A DNA stretch of 45,989 nucleotides, counting the filler, from Catajapyx aquilonaris (lineage: Eukaryota): NCBI GenBank assembly GCA_000934665.2. It is 2 parts of 2 records of this genome, joined end to end, with 100 filler letters (N's around TTAATTAATTAA, not from the genome) between each part and the next. Parts side by side here need not be neighbours in the genome. Positions count along the whole stretch, not along the records: positions 23,046 to 45,989 come from JYFJ02005786.1; 1 more part is not named here. One strand, 5' to 3'. Positions 36,678-45,989 of this stretch are shown piece by piece. The notes beneath the pieces are model-generated. The model was not told the DNA's origin and did no database searches. It saw only the letters and a list, made by a program, of their open reading frames with translations. Position 1 is the first letter of the stretch. The number at the start of each line of letters is the position of its first letter. Position numbers and translations under genes: made by a program.

Positions 36678-36836
36678 GGCCAGGTTGCATCGGCTCCCGG
36701 AAAATTTGTCGGGCCGAATAAGAGCCAGGATAGTTTGTTATTCATTGTTCTCAACAATTCTATCTACAATGGATAACAAACTATCCTGGCTCTTCTTCGG
36801 CCAGACAAATTTTCCGGGAGCCGGTGCAACGCAGCC
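36678..36836. mobile_element. PIF/Harbinger-type MITE
   Basis: TAA|GGCCAGGTTGCATCGGCTCCCGGAAAATTTGTC..GACAAATTTTCCGGGAGCCGGTGCAACGCAGCC|TAA. Confidence 0.8.
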
Positions 36837-36841
36837 TAAGC

Positions 36842-36885
<44 letters not shown>

Positions 36886-37590
36886 TGTTTATTACTGCAC
36901 CCCTGCAATGTTATTACATCAAGAAGGGGGGGGGGAAGAGGTCTCAGAGAGTTACATCCCAGAACCTTAAAGTTTTTACCAAGGCACAAAAAAAGAAATA
37001 CATGTTTGTGGCATATCTGGGACGGTTCAAAATTAAAACATCATTGAACGGTCTGGAGGTGATTTCGGAAACTTCTGTAAGTATTTCAGTCTTGGCGCTG
37101 AGCTGAAAGTACACTCATAAATCACATGAAACAAGCCAAATCTGTCGGGATATTACATAAGGAACAGTTACTTTCTGAATTCAGCGGAATCGTATAGCCA
37201 TTTATAAATAAATACTGTGAGCTGTAATGTAAATTTATAATTAGTCTCTTTTTAGGCAATGGCAGCGGTGAGAGAAGATATTGCTCAAGATGAAAATCAA
37301 CTTGAATTTCCTTGTACAGCTCATATGTATGCGATCTCGCCAAACTTTGCCTGTCTGACTCTATGGAAACATCAGTTATTCTAATAATCAAGTCCCTTAC
37401 ACAGGAAGAGTCAGCCGTCACTAGACCTTGTTGCCAGTGCTCCCAAGACATTCCGGCCTTTGCGAAAAGTCTTATCACAGTTGTTACTCCACGGTATGTC
37501 TGGTCTTGTCTTCAGATAATTGTAAGTTTCAGCTAGTATACTCTCTGCGTTTTCATTTCCCTTCAGCTGTAGGAGAAACTTAATAGTTTA

Positions 37591-37830
37591 AAGGCCGCTT
37601 CACAAACTCGGCGTTGCGAAAGCGGGGCGAAATGCCCGTTTTACAAACTCGGATTTGCGCGAGCGAGGCGTGCTGAGCGTGGAAAATTTGCGAAGGGCTA
37701 TTCACAAATGCTGCGTGCGATGACCGAGCGCGGGCGTTGCGCTGGCGTCCAACCGGGTGGACTTTCTGCGTGCGATGAGCGGAAGGCCCACACGCCACGC
37801 TTTCGCAACGCCGAGTTTGTGAAGCGGCCT
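37591..37830. mobile_element. Palindromic MITE (Harbinger-like ends)
   Basis: AAGGCCGCTTCACAAACTCGGCGTTGCGAAAGCG / CGCTTTCGCAACGCCGAGTTTGTGAAGCGGCCTT; TSD ambiguous (TA or TWA). Confidence 0.8.
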
Positions 37831-38414
37831 TTAGTCTATTTTTCGTTGTTCTCCGAGCGTTGTGTCTCCCCACGAGGGCACCGCCCTATCACGGGGTAGA
37901 TAAATAAATAAATAATAAATTAATAGTTTAAGTACGTTGACGTAGAGATGTCTCCTGCCAGTTTCAAGCCTGAGGAAATAGCCAGCTGTTCTAACAGGGA
38001 GACCCTGGAACTTTTTTAGAAAAAATGTCTGCACCTTTTCTAGCTCTTCCAGATGTGCTAGTGCCCATATCGGTGAATGACATAAGCAGACCGGTAATAA
38101 TTGCGCATTAAATAACTGGAGAGCAGGAGATAGATATTTAATATTTTGAGCCTCGCCAGCATTGGTAAAATAGCATTCACCATCGCAAAACCTCTTGCAA
38201 TAAAGTGCTTAGTCGTGTTGTTGAACTTGGTAGAAGTATGGAAAGGAACTCCCAAGATATTTATAATTGGTGGTGATTACTAGCAGTCTCCCGTTCCAGA
38301 AAAACTTCTCTTTCTCAGAAAGAACCCCACCTTTTCTAAAAATCAAGATCTGTGTTTTTTCAACATTAATAGACAGACCAATTTCATCCAAATACTGCGC
38401 GAGTAGTGTACATC

Positions 38415-39264
38415 TATTTGACGCTGGGTCCTTTTTGGACCCCACGTCGTTTTTTCGATTACAAACTTACATTAACAAAACCATCCAAATATAAATGCTT
38501 CCTAAATTCGACCGGGACTATAAGTGACAAATTTTTTTAAAAATTGACCTCCTCTGACCCTTGGTTGACTCATGAGGCACTGTTTACCAGTATCCTGCGT
38601 GACCCAGCAGCTGTAAGTCTCCTTATTATGTGGCAGAACTGAAACTGGATCTGGTTGACTCATGCTTGACTTCCCGTTGGTGTGAAACCTGTGTATAGCG
38701 GAATCGCACGGAACCATAACATTTTCCGTAATGGACAGGTTTCCTTCACATTCGACACGGAATTCATGTACTGCAGATAAGCCCGTTCCCAGGAAAAATT
38801 CCGCAATGGACATGTTTCCGTTATACTCAGGGTCCGTTATGGACAGGTTTCATGATTGGCATTTGATTCAAGTGCAAGTTGCACTTGAGTCAAATGCAAA
38901 ATCGTCTCTATCTTTTTGGGCGATATAGTACAATACTATACATGGATAATTTTTTTTTACACCTGTGCGATTTTTTATGCTTGCTACATCATGAATTTGC
39001 CATGTCTATTTAGGGTCGGAAAAAACTGGTCGCTAACTTGCAACGTGGGGTCCTCTTTGGTCCCCAAGACGACTTGTGAACGTTTAAATGACGTTAACTC
39101 CCTTTAGAAATTTTTTTCGTCGCTCGTGAATTTTTTTCAGGTGTCAAAGAGTATATTTCAGGAATATAGGTGTGGGAATTTTCATTTTGACAAAAACATG
39201 CTTCAGGGTGGTGACATAAGCATACCTTGGGGTCCGAAAAGGACCCCACGTTGCAAGTTAAGGG
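38415..39264. mobile_element. piggyBac-like MITE remnant plus nested fragments inside the old LINE
   Basis: Right end ..GGACCCCACGTTGCAAGTTAAGGG|TTAA; inverted copy AACTTGCAACGTGGGGTCC at ~39035; related GGGTCCTTTTTGGACCC at ~38425. Left boundary approximate. Confidence 0.55.
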
Positions 39265-40345
39265 TTAAATTTTAAAAATTCTATGCATATCCCAAGTTTG
39301 TTTAACTTGAAGAATAGCAGATGGTGATTCACCGAGTCGAACGCTTTAGAGAGGTCCAAAAATTATATATAAAGTTTGCCTGCTTTCTTATTCACATATT
39401 TTTGTGCAAGGATGGTCAGGGTGAAAGTCAGATCACTGCACGATTTCCCCGATCTGAATCCAGCTTGGGTCAGCGGGAAAATCCTTTCCAGTTCTGCCCA
39501 GTCCAGAAGGCACCTAACCAGAATAGAGGTGAAGAGTTTCAGTGTACTATTCACCAGAGATATTAGTCTATAATTGCACGGATCTAATATTTCTCCCTTC
39601 TTGTACACTGGTATGACCTTGAGTTTTGTCCACTCTAATGGTAGCTTACCTTCGGGGCTGCGTACTAAGCTGTTAAAAGTTCTCAGCAGGATTGATTTCA
39701 TAGCCTCTAGTTTAAGTATCTCATTCGGAATCAAGTCTGGTCCAGGTGCTTTGCTCATTTTCAGCCGTGTTATCGCTACATTCAATTCTTGCTCGCTAAT
39801 CGTGTTATCGCTACATTCAATTCTTGCTCACTAATCGGGTCAACCCGGCCTAAGTTGAGCATGTGCTTTTCCTGCACCCCTCTTTAATATCCCTACTTCC
39901 AAAAATTTCCCAAAACGAAGCTACTCACATCCTAATTGGAACACCCTGTAGAGTTTAGCATCAGAGTGGGGCAATAACAAGGCATAAGTAACAGTAATGT
40001 TTTTGGTAAGAAGACAAGGCCCCCTGTCAGAGGGTCGCCATAATAAATACCTGTCCCCATGCATTTTCATACAAGTGTGACAACACTTATTGCATACTAT
40101 GCCTTAAAATGAGGTGGGGAGGAATGTGGTAAAGGTGATTATCAAAAGTATTGGCTTCTAAAACCAGGTTGGAGTGGACCCATCCTTTTAAAAGCCTGCA
40201 AGATAATGGGACCAGAAAATATATGTAACTTAAATAGCCCATTCCCAATCGGAAATTCAATACAATTCAGAGGTTGGATAAGTGATTCAGTTTATACTAA
40301 TTTTAGCAACTAATAACTGGGTTAACCAATTATAGTAACTCCTTA

Positions 40346-40555
40346 CCGAAGCAGTTTGGTGGAGTGGATAAGGTGTTCGACTGCTAATAGGGAGGTCCTG
40401 GGTTCGAGTCCCGGGGCCGGCAATCCTAACCGTGGTTTTCTGTGGTTTCCCACGGTTCCCCCAGGAGAATTCCGGGATTGCTTCCTAAATGATAGGCCTA
40501 AAGAACCGCCGGCTGATAACGGGGTACATGAATTATGTATTATTAAATTATTAAC
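40346..40555 (+). mobile_element. tRNA-derived SINE
   Basis: A box TGGTGGAGTGG (40357-40367) and B box GGTTCGAGTCC (40401-40411), followed by non-tRNA body GTGGTTTTCTGTGGTTTCCC and an AT-rich tail. Confidence 0.75.
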
Positions 40556-40886
40556 TGCTCAAAAAAGAGCAGCTTCATCCAAAAAAAAAACACTAACTGA
40601 AATGGTTATTTCAATTGGAACCTCCTGTACTATTTTGTCCACTGAAAAAGAGATTTCAACAGGGTCCAGACTGTCACATGGTCCAATAGAGTGAATAACT
40701 TTATACGACCTGGTGAAACAGAGCCTCTCTCCGGTCAGAAAATGTGTGTTGGAGTAAAAATCTAGAATCAGATGGACTTTATTCAGCGATTCTGCCACAT
40801 GTAGGAAAACTGTTAATTATTCTAGCAGCATGATATACTGTAAGTTCCATCGTGGACATATTTCTCTGCATAAATCATTCAAATGT

Positions 40887-41613
40887 TTATTTATTTATTT
40901 ATTTATTTATTTGTCAGCCCCGTGTTGCGAGCCATAGGCTCGTGTGGGGGGACATCCACTCACTACACATATATTAATACATTGTTTTCCATAATAAATT
41001 TGACACTTGGACAAAAGATCAGAGTTGCATAATGTGTGCTTACAAAAAAAGAAAAGAGGACATCATACCAGCAGCAGTGGTGACTAGCACCTCAGTCTTT
41101 TGAAGAAACTTACTATCAACTTCAATAATCACAAAAATTTAGTTTTTTAACTGCAGCGAGGAAGAAAGAATATAGTAGGTACGCATCCATCTTCCGGGTT
41201 TCGACAAATAAATAAAACAACCGATCAGGAGGGAATTTTGGAAGATTAGATAGGAATTTTCTTCTTGGTGAATTGAATAGTTGACATTCATAGATTAGGT
41301 GAAAGATAGAGCGATTTGTGGCCCAGTTACACCAATCGCATTTTTCTGAATCATTTAGGTTAATCGCTAGCTGATTTTGGAGACGAAGGACTTGCGAATT
41401 GTTCCTCAAGTTTGCAAGCAGGCGAATGTGGGAAAGAGGGAGATCCATAGCAAAATAATTTTCAATTCGGAAAGTGAGTTTTATTTCTTTGTAGTGAAGA
41501 TATCTTATTTTAGTGTCTTGTAATCTGTTAAGCTGATCCTGCTTTAGGTCATTTTCAATCTTCCGTAGTGAAATGGGGAGATCTTCAATATCTGCGAGCC
41601 AATTGTTCGTATA
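40887..41613 (-). mobile_element. 5'-truncated RTEX-like LINE 3' end
   Basis: 11-bp TSD CATTCAAATGT (40876-40886, 41614-41624); open 164-aa C-terminus with CDWCN..HLIYEC; (TAAA)n tail. Confidence 0.9.
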
Positions 41614-41632
41614 CATTCAAATGTGGATCTTC

Positions 41633-42083
41633 TTAGTTGTCAAGTGATGGTAACACCTTACTGTGAGCATTCATTTGACCGTGAAGAGCATCGGCCTCTT
41701 CCTGGCCATTCTTGGCATGCATTTGACCACCCTGCTTCCCAGCCCATTTCCTTTTCCTAACCCGTACCCTTTCAACTTCCTGACATTGCTCAAGACTCTT
41801 CCATCTTTGCACCAAATCAGTTCCACATTGATCTAGTGTTGTTTGAATGAATGGGAACGCTTTGAAGTTTGACACCTTTTCTCCATCCACTGTGTAACAC
41901 AAACTCAAAAAGCAATCGCAGCATAACCGTGAACAACTACGATTCATAAATTCCAAGTCACAGACTTCCCAAGTTGCCACCTTACTGCCAGTGCACATGT
42001 GGCAGTACACGGCCATCTCCTGACGCCTGTGCAGGATTACCGGATAACTTGATATCTTGGGGCTGTCACTGGGATGCATCAAC
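41633..42083 (-). CDS. SNAPC3: SNAPC3-like exon 6 (C-terminal zinc finger plus extension)
   Basis: ttcag| LMHPSD..YP..CHMC..ATW..CCDCFLSLCYTVDGEKVSNFKAFPF.. to stop at 41633; the six exons total 1359 nt = 452 aa. Confidence 0.88.
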
Positions 42084-42838
42084 CTGAACATGAGTCCAAA
42101 ATCATGAGTCCATAATCAGAGTGCCATAACACTGTGTAACAAATTTTAACTTTATGTTTGTGTTTGGGCATTTATTGTGTGTTTCAGTTTCCCCGTGTCT
42201 AGAAAGTACAGAAAATGGCAATTATGGTGTAAAACGTTTGCTTTTGTGACCAGGACAATCATAAGTATACAGAGCGATCACAGAACTACTACTGGGCTAA
42301 TGGGGACTAATTCGGGAAAGTGATGTGCAGTACAATCGTAAATCTAGAAAAACCACACATTTCTAAATATTGTCTTTGTTTTAAATATGTCTGAGGATAA
42401 GGTGATGTCTGAGGTGGGCAGGGGTGGGGGGTGGGTCAGGTTGTTTTTAGGTTTATTCTCATGAGTTTTATTAGTTCATATGTTGGGTTAGCTTGCGTCT
42501 CCCTTCATCGCTGACTACCCCTCATAGGGAAATGTCGTGATGTTGTTGTTGTTGTTGTTGTTGTTGTCTTTGTTTTGAAGTAGAAATAAACATTACTTTT
42601 GATCTAGATGTTGTCTGTTTATAAAAATTGAAATTTGTTACCCAAGTACGTATATGGGGATATGCAAAATATATAAGTCATTCTCCTGAGCACAAAGGCA
42701 AACTTTGGCAGGTCTAATGGCCATTATCTCAAGTTTTTAGGCATAAGAAAGCAGGACATAACACTCACTTGCCAAACACAAAAAGTGTGTTACATAGTGT
42801 AATCAGAGTGCATTGGTTTGTGAACATTACGCACTTAC

Positions 42839-43089
42839 CGAACATCTACGATCTCAAACTTGTGATTGCAAGTCCCATTTAGATGGACGTAATCATAAGG
42901 GAAGCCAAGAAAGCATATCAGATCTTTGAAGCAGGTTTCCTCCATCTTGGCCTTTTGAAGTGGAACCCTTCTTTTAAGTCCATCATGTTTTGTAATGATT
43001 GGAGGTTCCTCCAGTTCCCAAGCATTGATATTACGGCGATCATCATAAAATATTCCATTTATGTAGAGAAAGGCTGATGGATATTCATC
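42839..43089 (-). CDS. SNAPC3: SNAPC3-like exon 5
   Basis: aacag| DEYPSAFLYINGIFYDDRR..MEETCFKDL..LGFPYDYVHLNGTCNHKFEIVDV CG|GTAAGT; matches SAFFYFEGTFYNDxR and LGFPYLYCHQGDCEH of SNAP50. Confidence 0.9.
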
Positions 43090-43488
43090 CTGTTGGTTAC
43101 AGTGATTGTCAGTCTTATTGAAGACCAGAAAACCAAAGTACAAATGATAAGTGATTATTATCGGTCCCGGGTCTAATACCTACGGAAAAAAACCGGACGG
43201 GATAAAATACCGACGGGAAAAAAGTGGAAAGGTATATGTTCTGTGTATATTTTCGGTAATAAAGCTGTCGGAAATTTATTCTGTCTGTATTATGTCTTTC
43301 GGTATTACGTACCAGACCCGTGATTAGTTCTAAAGTCATGTGCATTCAGGATGAGTATCCGGTGATATCTTTTTATAAAACACATCACTGGATACATCCT
43401 GAATGCACGTGAACAGTCTGTCCAGAAGCATTACACTGCAGTGCAACAATTATTTTGTACTTAACTCACTAGTTAACTAAGGAATTAC

Positions 43489-43627
43489 CTTCAACAGCAC
43501 GGGTTCCTTCGACAGGTCCTCGGAGACATCATTGGTGACAAAGTTGTCACTACTGCACGATATTATGTCTCGTAATGCTGTCAGCTTCTGGCTGCCCAAG
43601 AACGAAAACATACTGTCCAATTGGTGG
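43489..43627 (-). CDS. SNAPC3: SNAPC3-like exon 4
   Basis: ctctgcag| HQLDSMFSFLGSQKLTALRDIISCSSD..LLK |GTAATT; hallmark LGSQKLTxLRDxIxCxSD motif. Confidence 0.88.
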
Positions 43628-43709
43628 CTGCAGAGAATAATTGGGAAGAAAATTATGCTGCAGAGCACTGAAGTTTCACATGTTTGTGGCGGAAACCAAC
43701 AAAACATAC

Positions 43710-43807
43710 TTAGCTGATGGAATTTTAGCATTCCGTGCATGGTACACAGCAATTGTCACAACCACTTCTGTGTCTGGAATATTGTCCTCACCATCACTCA
43801 GTCTGTC
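43710..43807 (-). CDS. SNAPC3: SNAPC3-like exon 3
   Basis: ttacag| DRLSDGEDNIPDTEVVVTIAVYHARNAKIPSA AA|GTATGT; resembles the ELILSVNILYP strand of SNAP50. Confidence 0.72.
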
Positions 43808-44022
43808 CTGTAACAGAATAATACACCATGCAATATTGCTAAAATGTAGGCACACAATGTGGCCCTTGTGAACATGCCAGTCTGTGAGAAATATGTGGTG
43901 AAATCTACTTCCCTTTCCAAATAGTATCTGATGGTGTTGATTTTTGACTCATGAGTAGTGAAAATGTAAATGTAATATCAGTCATAACTTATCTCCAACG
44001 TTGCATCCAATGAGTGTTATAC

Positions 44023-44200
44023 CTGATTGATCCCATCACAGTTGTGGGACATGACTGCCATCCGTCCCTGGCTCTCAACCATACAGCTCCAGAGCGTCGT
44101 GTACACCTCTCTTTCCTCATTAGTAATCCTAGTAGATGGCAAACTACAGTACTCCTGACGAGCTGTGCTTTTCTCCTCATCGTCCTCATTATACACCTTC
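44023..44200 (-). CDS. SNAPC3: SNAPC3-like exon 2 (predicted)
   Basis: tgtag| KVYNEDDEEK..CDGINQ |GTATAA; phase 2 in, phase 0 out. Confidence 0.6.
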
Positions 44201-44389
44201 CTACAGGCACAACAACACACGAAATTAACAGCAAAAGCACCACACAGGTTTACAGTGTTTACTCCTAGTGAAACATGCAGTCGATGTCTCATAAATGGTG
44301 CTACATATTACTACTACTACTACTGTTGTTCTTCTTCTTCTTCTAATTGATGTTGTTATTAGTATTAGTATTATTATTCCGTGGCTAAC

Positions 44390-44631
44390 CTGGTGAGATC
44401 AATGATGTGTTGGGCGAAATTAAGGCGACGCATCTCTGGCACATCACCAGCGTCCCTTACTTCCAGCCCAATCTCCTCCAGCCTCCGCACTATATCCCCT
44501 GCCTTTCCCCCGAACCCGCTGTATAACCTGGGTTCCCCCTTCCACGGATCGCCCAGCCTCACTGGACTGGTCGACGAGACGGTGTACAGACTTAGACGGT
44601 GTCTCCTTCCGAATGGCTCTGGCCGGTCCAT
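44390..44631 (-). CDS. SNAPC3: SNAPC3-like exon 1 (predicted)
   Basis: ATG at 44631 (MDRPEPFGRR..); donor AG|GTTAGC; phase 2 matches exon 2. Assigned by splice phase, not homology. Confidence 0.6.
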
Positions 44632-44964
44632 GATCACAAAAGCCGGGAGCCGTTCTCTTCAGTCTTCACGAACTCTTCTCCAGACGCATCTGCCACGGTT
44701 GCCAGATGCCAGACAGTGTTGCCGGACTGGTCTGGTGCGACGTCACAGAAATACGACGTGGCAGAGTCGTATTAAAGGCTGATTAAAGGCGTGGTCCTGT
44801 TGGCAACACTGTGTACATGAACTGGCCCGCATGTATGCAGTCGGTACGAACTTATTCTCCTACACCCAACAAGTGAGTATGATATGACCTGCTCGTTCGA
44901 CCTGTGACCACGGTGCTGTGCCGGTGCTGACTGATGCATACCCTTTCAGCAGGCACCTAAGGTA

Positions 44965-45066
44965 CTATATCGCTCAAAAACATAAGAGACGATTTTGCAT
45001 TTGAATCAAGTGCAGGATGCACTCGAGTCAAATGCAAAATCGTCTCTATGTTTTTGAGCGATATAG
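44965..45066. mobile_element. Small TA-flanked palindromic MITE
   Basis: CTATATCGCTCAAAAACATA..TATGTTTTTGAGCGATATAG; partial copy at ~38860-38931. Confidence 0.75.
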
Positions 45067-45390
45067 TACAAAGGGACGCGCTGCAGTGGACCGCCATCTT
45101 CATTATCCTAGAACAATGGCTGGCTTCCCGAGGCATAATTTCCAAATACACAGAGTTCGTCCAGGCCGCGGGCATAATTTCTTAATCCACATAGATTGGC
45201 CAGGCAAAGCCTTGGCCAGGCCATGCCGAATCCAAGAGCTTCGGCAAACGCCGCCAGGTGGCTGCAAATAAAAAAAGGACAAAATGCTGGTTTTGCGATG
45301 GCGCGCGTTGCATAATATACTTATAATTTTAACAGCAACCATTTAGCCCGCTATTATGGGCAGCATATTGACCATAATATATAATACATA

Positions 45391-45420
45391 ACTAGCAGCG
45401 GTACCCGTTCTTCGCACGGG
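45391..45420 (-). mobile_element. Helitron-like 3' end
   Basis: Minus strand reads CCCGT-GCGAAGA-ACGGG hairpin, an 8-nt spacer, then CTAG|T. Confidence 0.55.
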
Positions 45421-45533
45421 GAAAAAAAGAGCGTGGATAATTACACCGAAATCTTCTTAGATCTCAGGCAATATTAAATGCAAAACTACTCATTCCCTTG
45501 CATATGTAGGCACTGGAAGGGTGTAAAAATTCT

Positions 45534-45781
45534 GGTTTGTTTGCGTAATAAAGAGCCACGCAACTATGGCTAAGTGGTTATCAGAATACAAAAAGGTGGG
45601 ACAGATGGAGAGAGAAACGAAGAGGAAAAAGAAGAGAGGGTCTGTCTCCTATCCCAAAGACCTGTCCGACTTGGGCGGCCCTACCAGTAGTCAGTAGACG
45701 AAACTACCGCCGGCATAGCTCTTCAGGATCATGGGAAAACGAAAGCCTACCACCACGGCAAGGTGGAGATACATTGGGGGG
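45534..45781 (-). mobile_element. Second, diverged copy of the RTE-headed retroposon
   Basis: Reverse complement of 26794-27065 with substitutions and a ~20-nt deletion after CAGAC; short (AAAC)n tail; no clear TSD. Confidence 0.8.
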
Positions 45782-45989
45782 AGAGGGAATTTTTAAAAAT
45801 GGATAAAAAATTGGGGGAAGTGCAAAATTTGAAACGATTTTAAGGCCTGTTTCTACGGTAATCACCAACAAAATTCTGTTGCCACTGGCAAACAATTTTT
45901 TTTGCCTTACATATACGTAGATAATTTCACAGGTATGACCTTCAAAGCCCCTTTTCTCAAAACTGTTCTCATGTGGGTTGACGCATTAT

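Larger units (their letters stand above)
36842..39860 (-). mobile_element. Old 5'-truncated RTEX-like LINE, fragmented by later insertions
   Basis: KAPGPDLIPNE..NYRLISL..QAGFRSGKSC (39363-39785), INVEKTQILIFRKGG..YKYLG (38209-38445), TAGYFLRLETGRRHL and CSLCN; (ATT)n tail at 36842-36884; motifs parallel ORF2 at 6498-9941. Confidence 0.85.

Noticed and set aside
40346..40420. Functional tRNA gene
   Set aside because: A and B boxes are present, but there is no clean acceptor stem and it continues into a SINE-type body and AT-rich tail.
1..45989. CRISPR array, retron or other prokaryotic defence system
   Set aside because: No repeat-spacer array or operon structure; the RTs are eukaryotic APE-type LINE enzymes and the genes have spliceosomal introns.

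Overview
This is eukaryotic (invertebrate animal, probably arthropod-like) genomic DNA with spliceosomal introns and very dense transposon content; it is not a prokaryotic locus. Main contents: (1) a decayed I-clade LINE (minus, ~3.6-13.07 kb) whose endonuclease domain is split by a full-length RTEX-like LINE (6396-11078, 14-bp TSD); (2) a complete but mutated Academ (AcademX-type) DNA transposon (14211-20224; ~570-bp TIRs, TAG..CTA ends, TGA TSD; transposase plus XPG/FEN1-like nuclease); (3) a six-exon, divergent SNAPC3/SNAP50-like gene (minus, 44631-41633, about 452 aa) with a LINE 3' fragment inserted just after its stop codon; (4) phase-compatible exons of an unidentified acidic protein on the plus strand (23396-33220) and a probable 5' end of another gene at the left edge; (5) many MITEs (Tc1/mariner, hAT, Harbinger, Kolobok and piggyBac types), SINEs, a Helitron end and an artificial scaffold linker. 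The most intriguing item is a 272-bp non-coding retroposon (26794-27065, second copy at ~45534-45781) whose structured head resembles RTE 5' ends and hatchet/HDV-type self-cleaving ribozymes. All assignments are by eye; no database searches were run.
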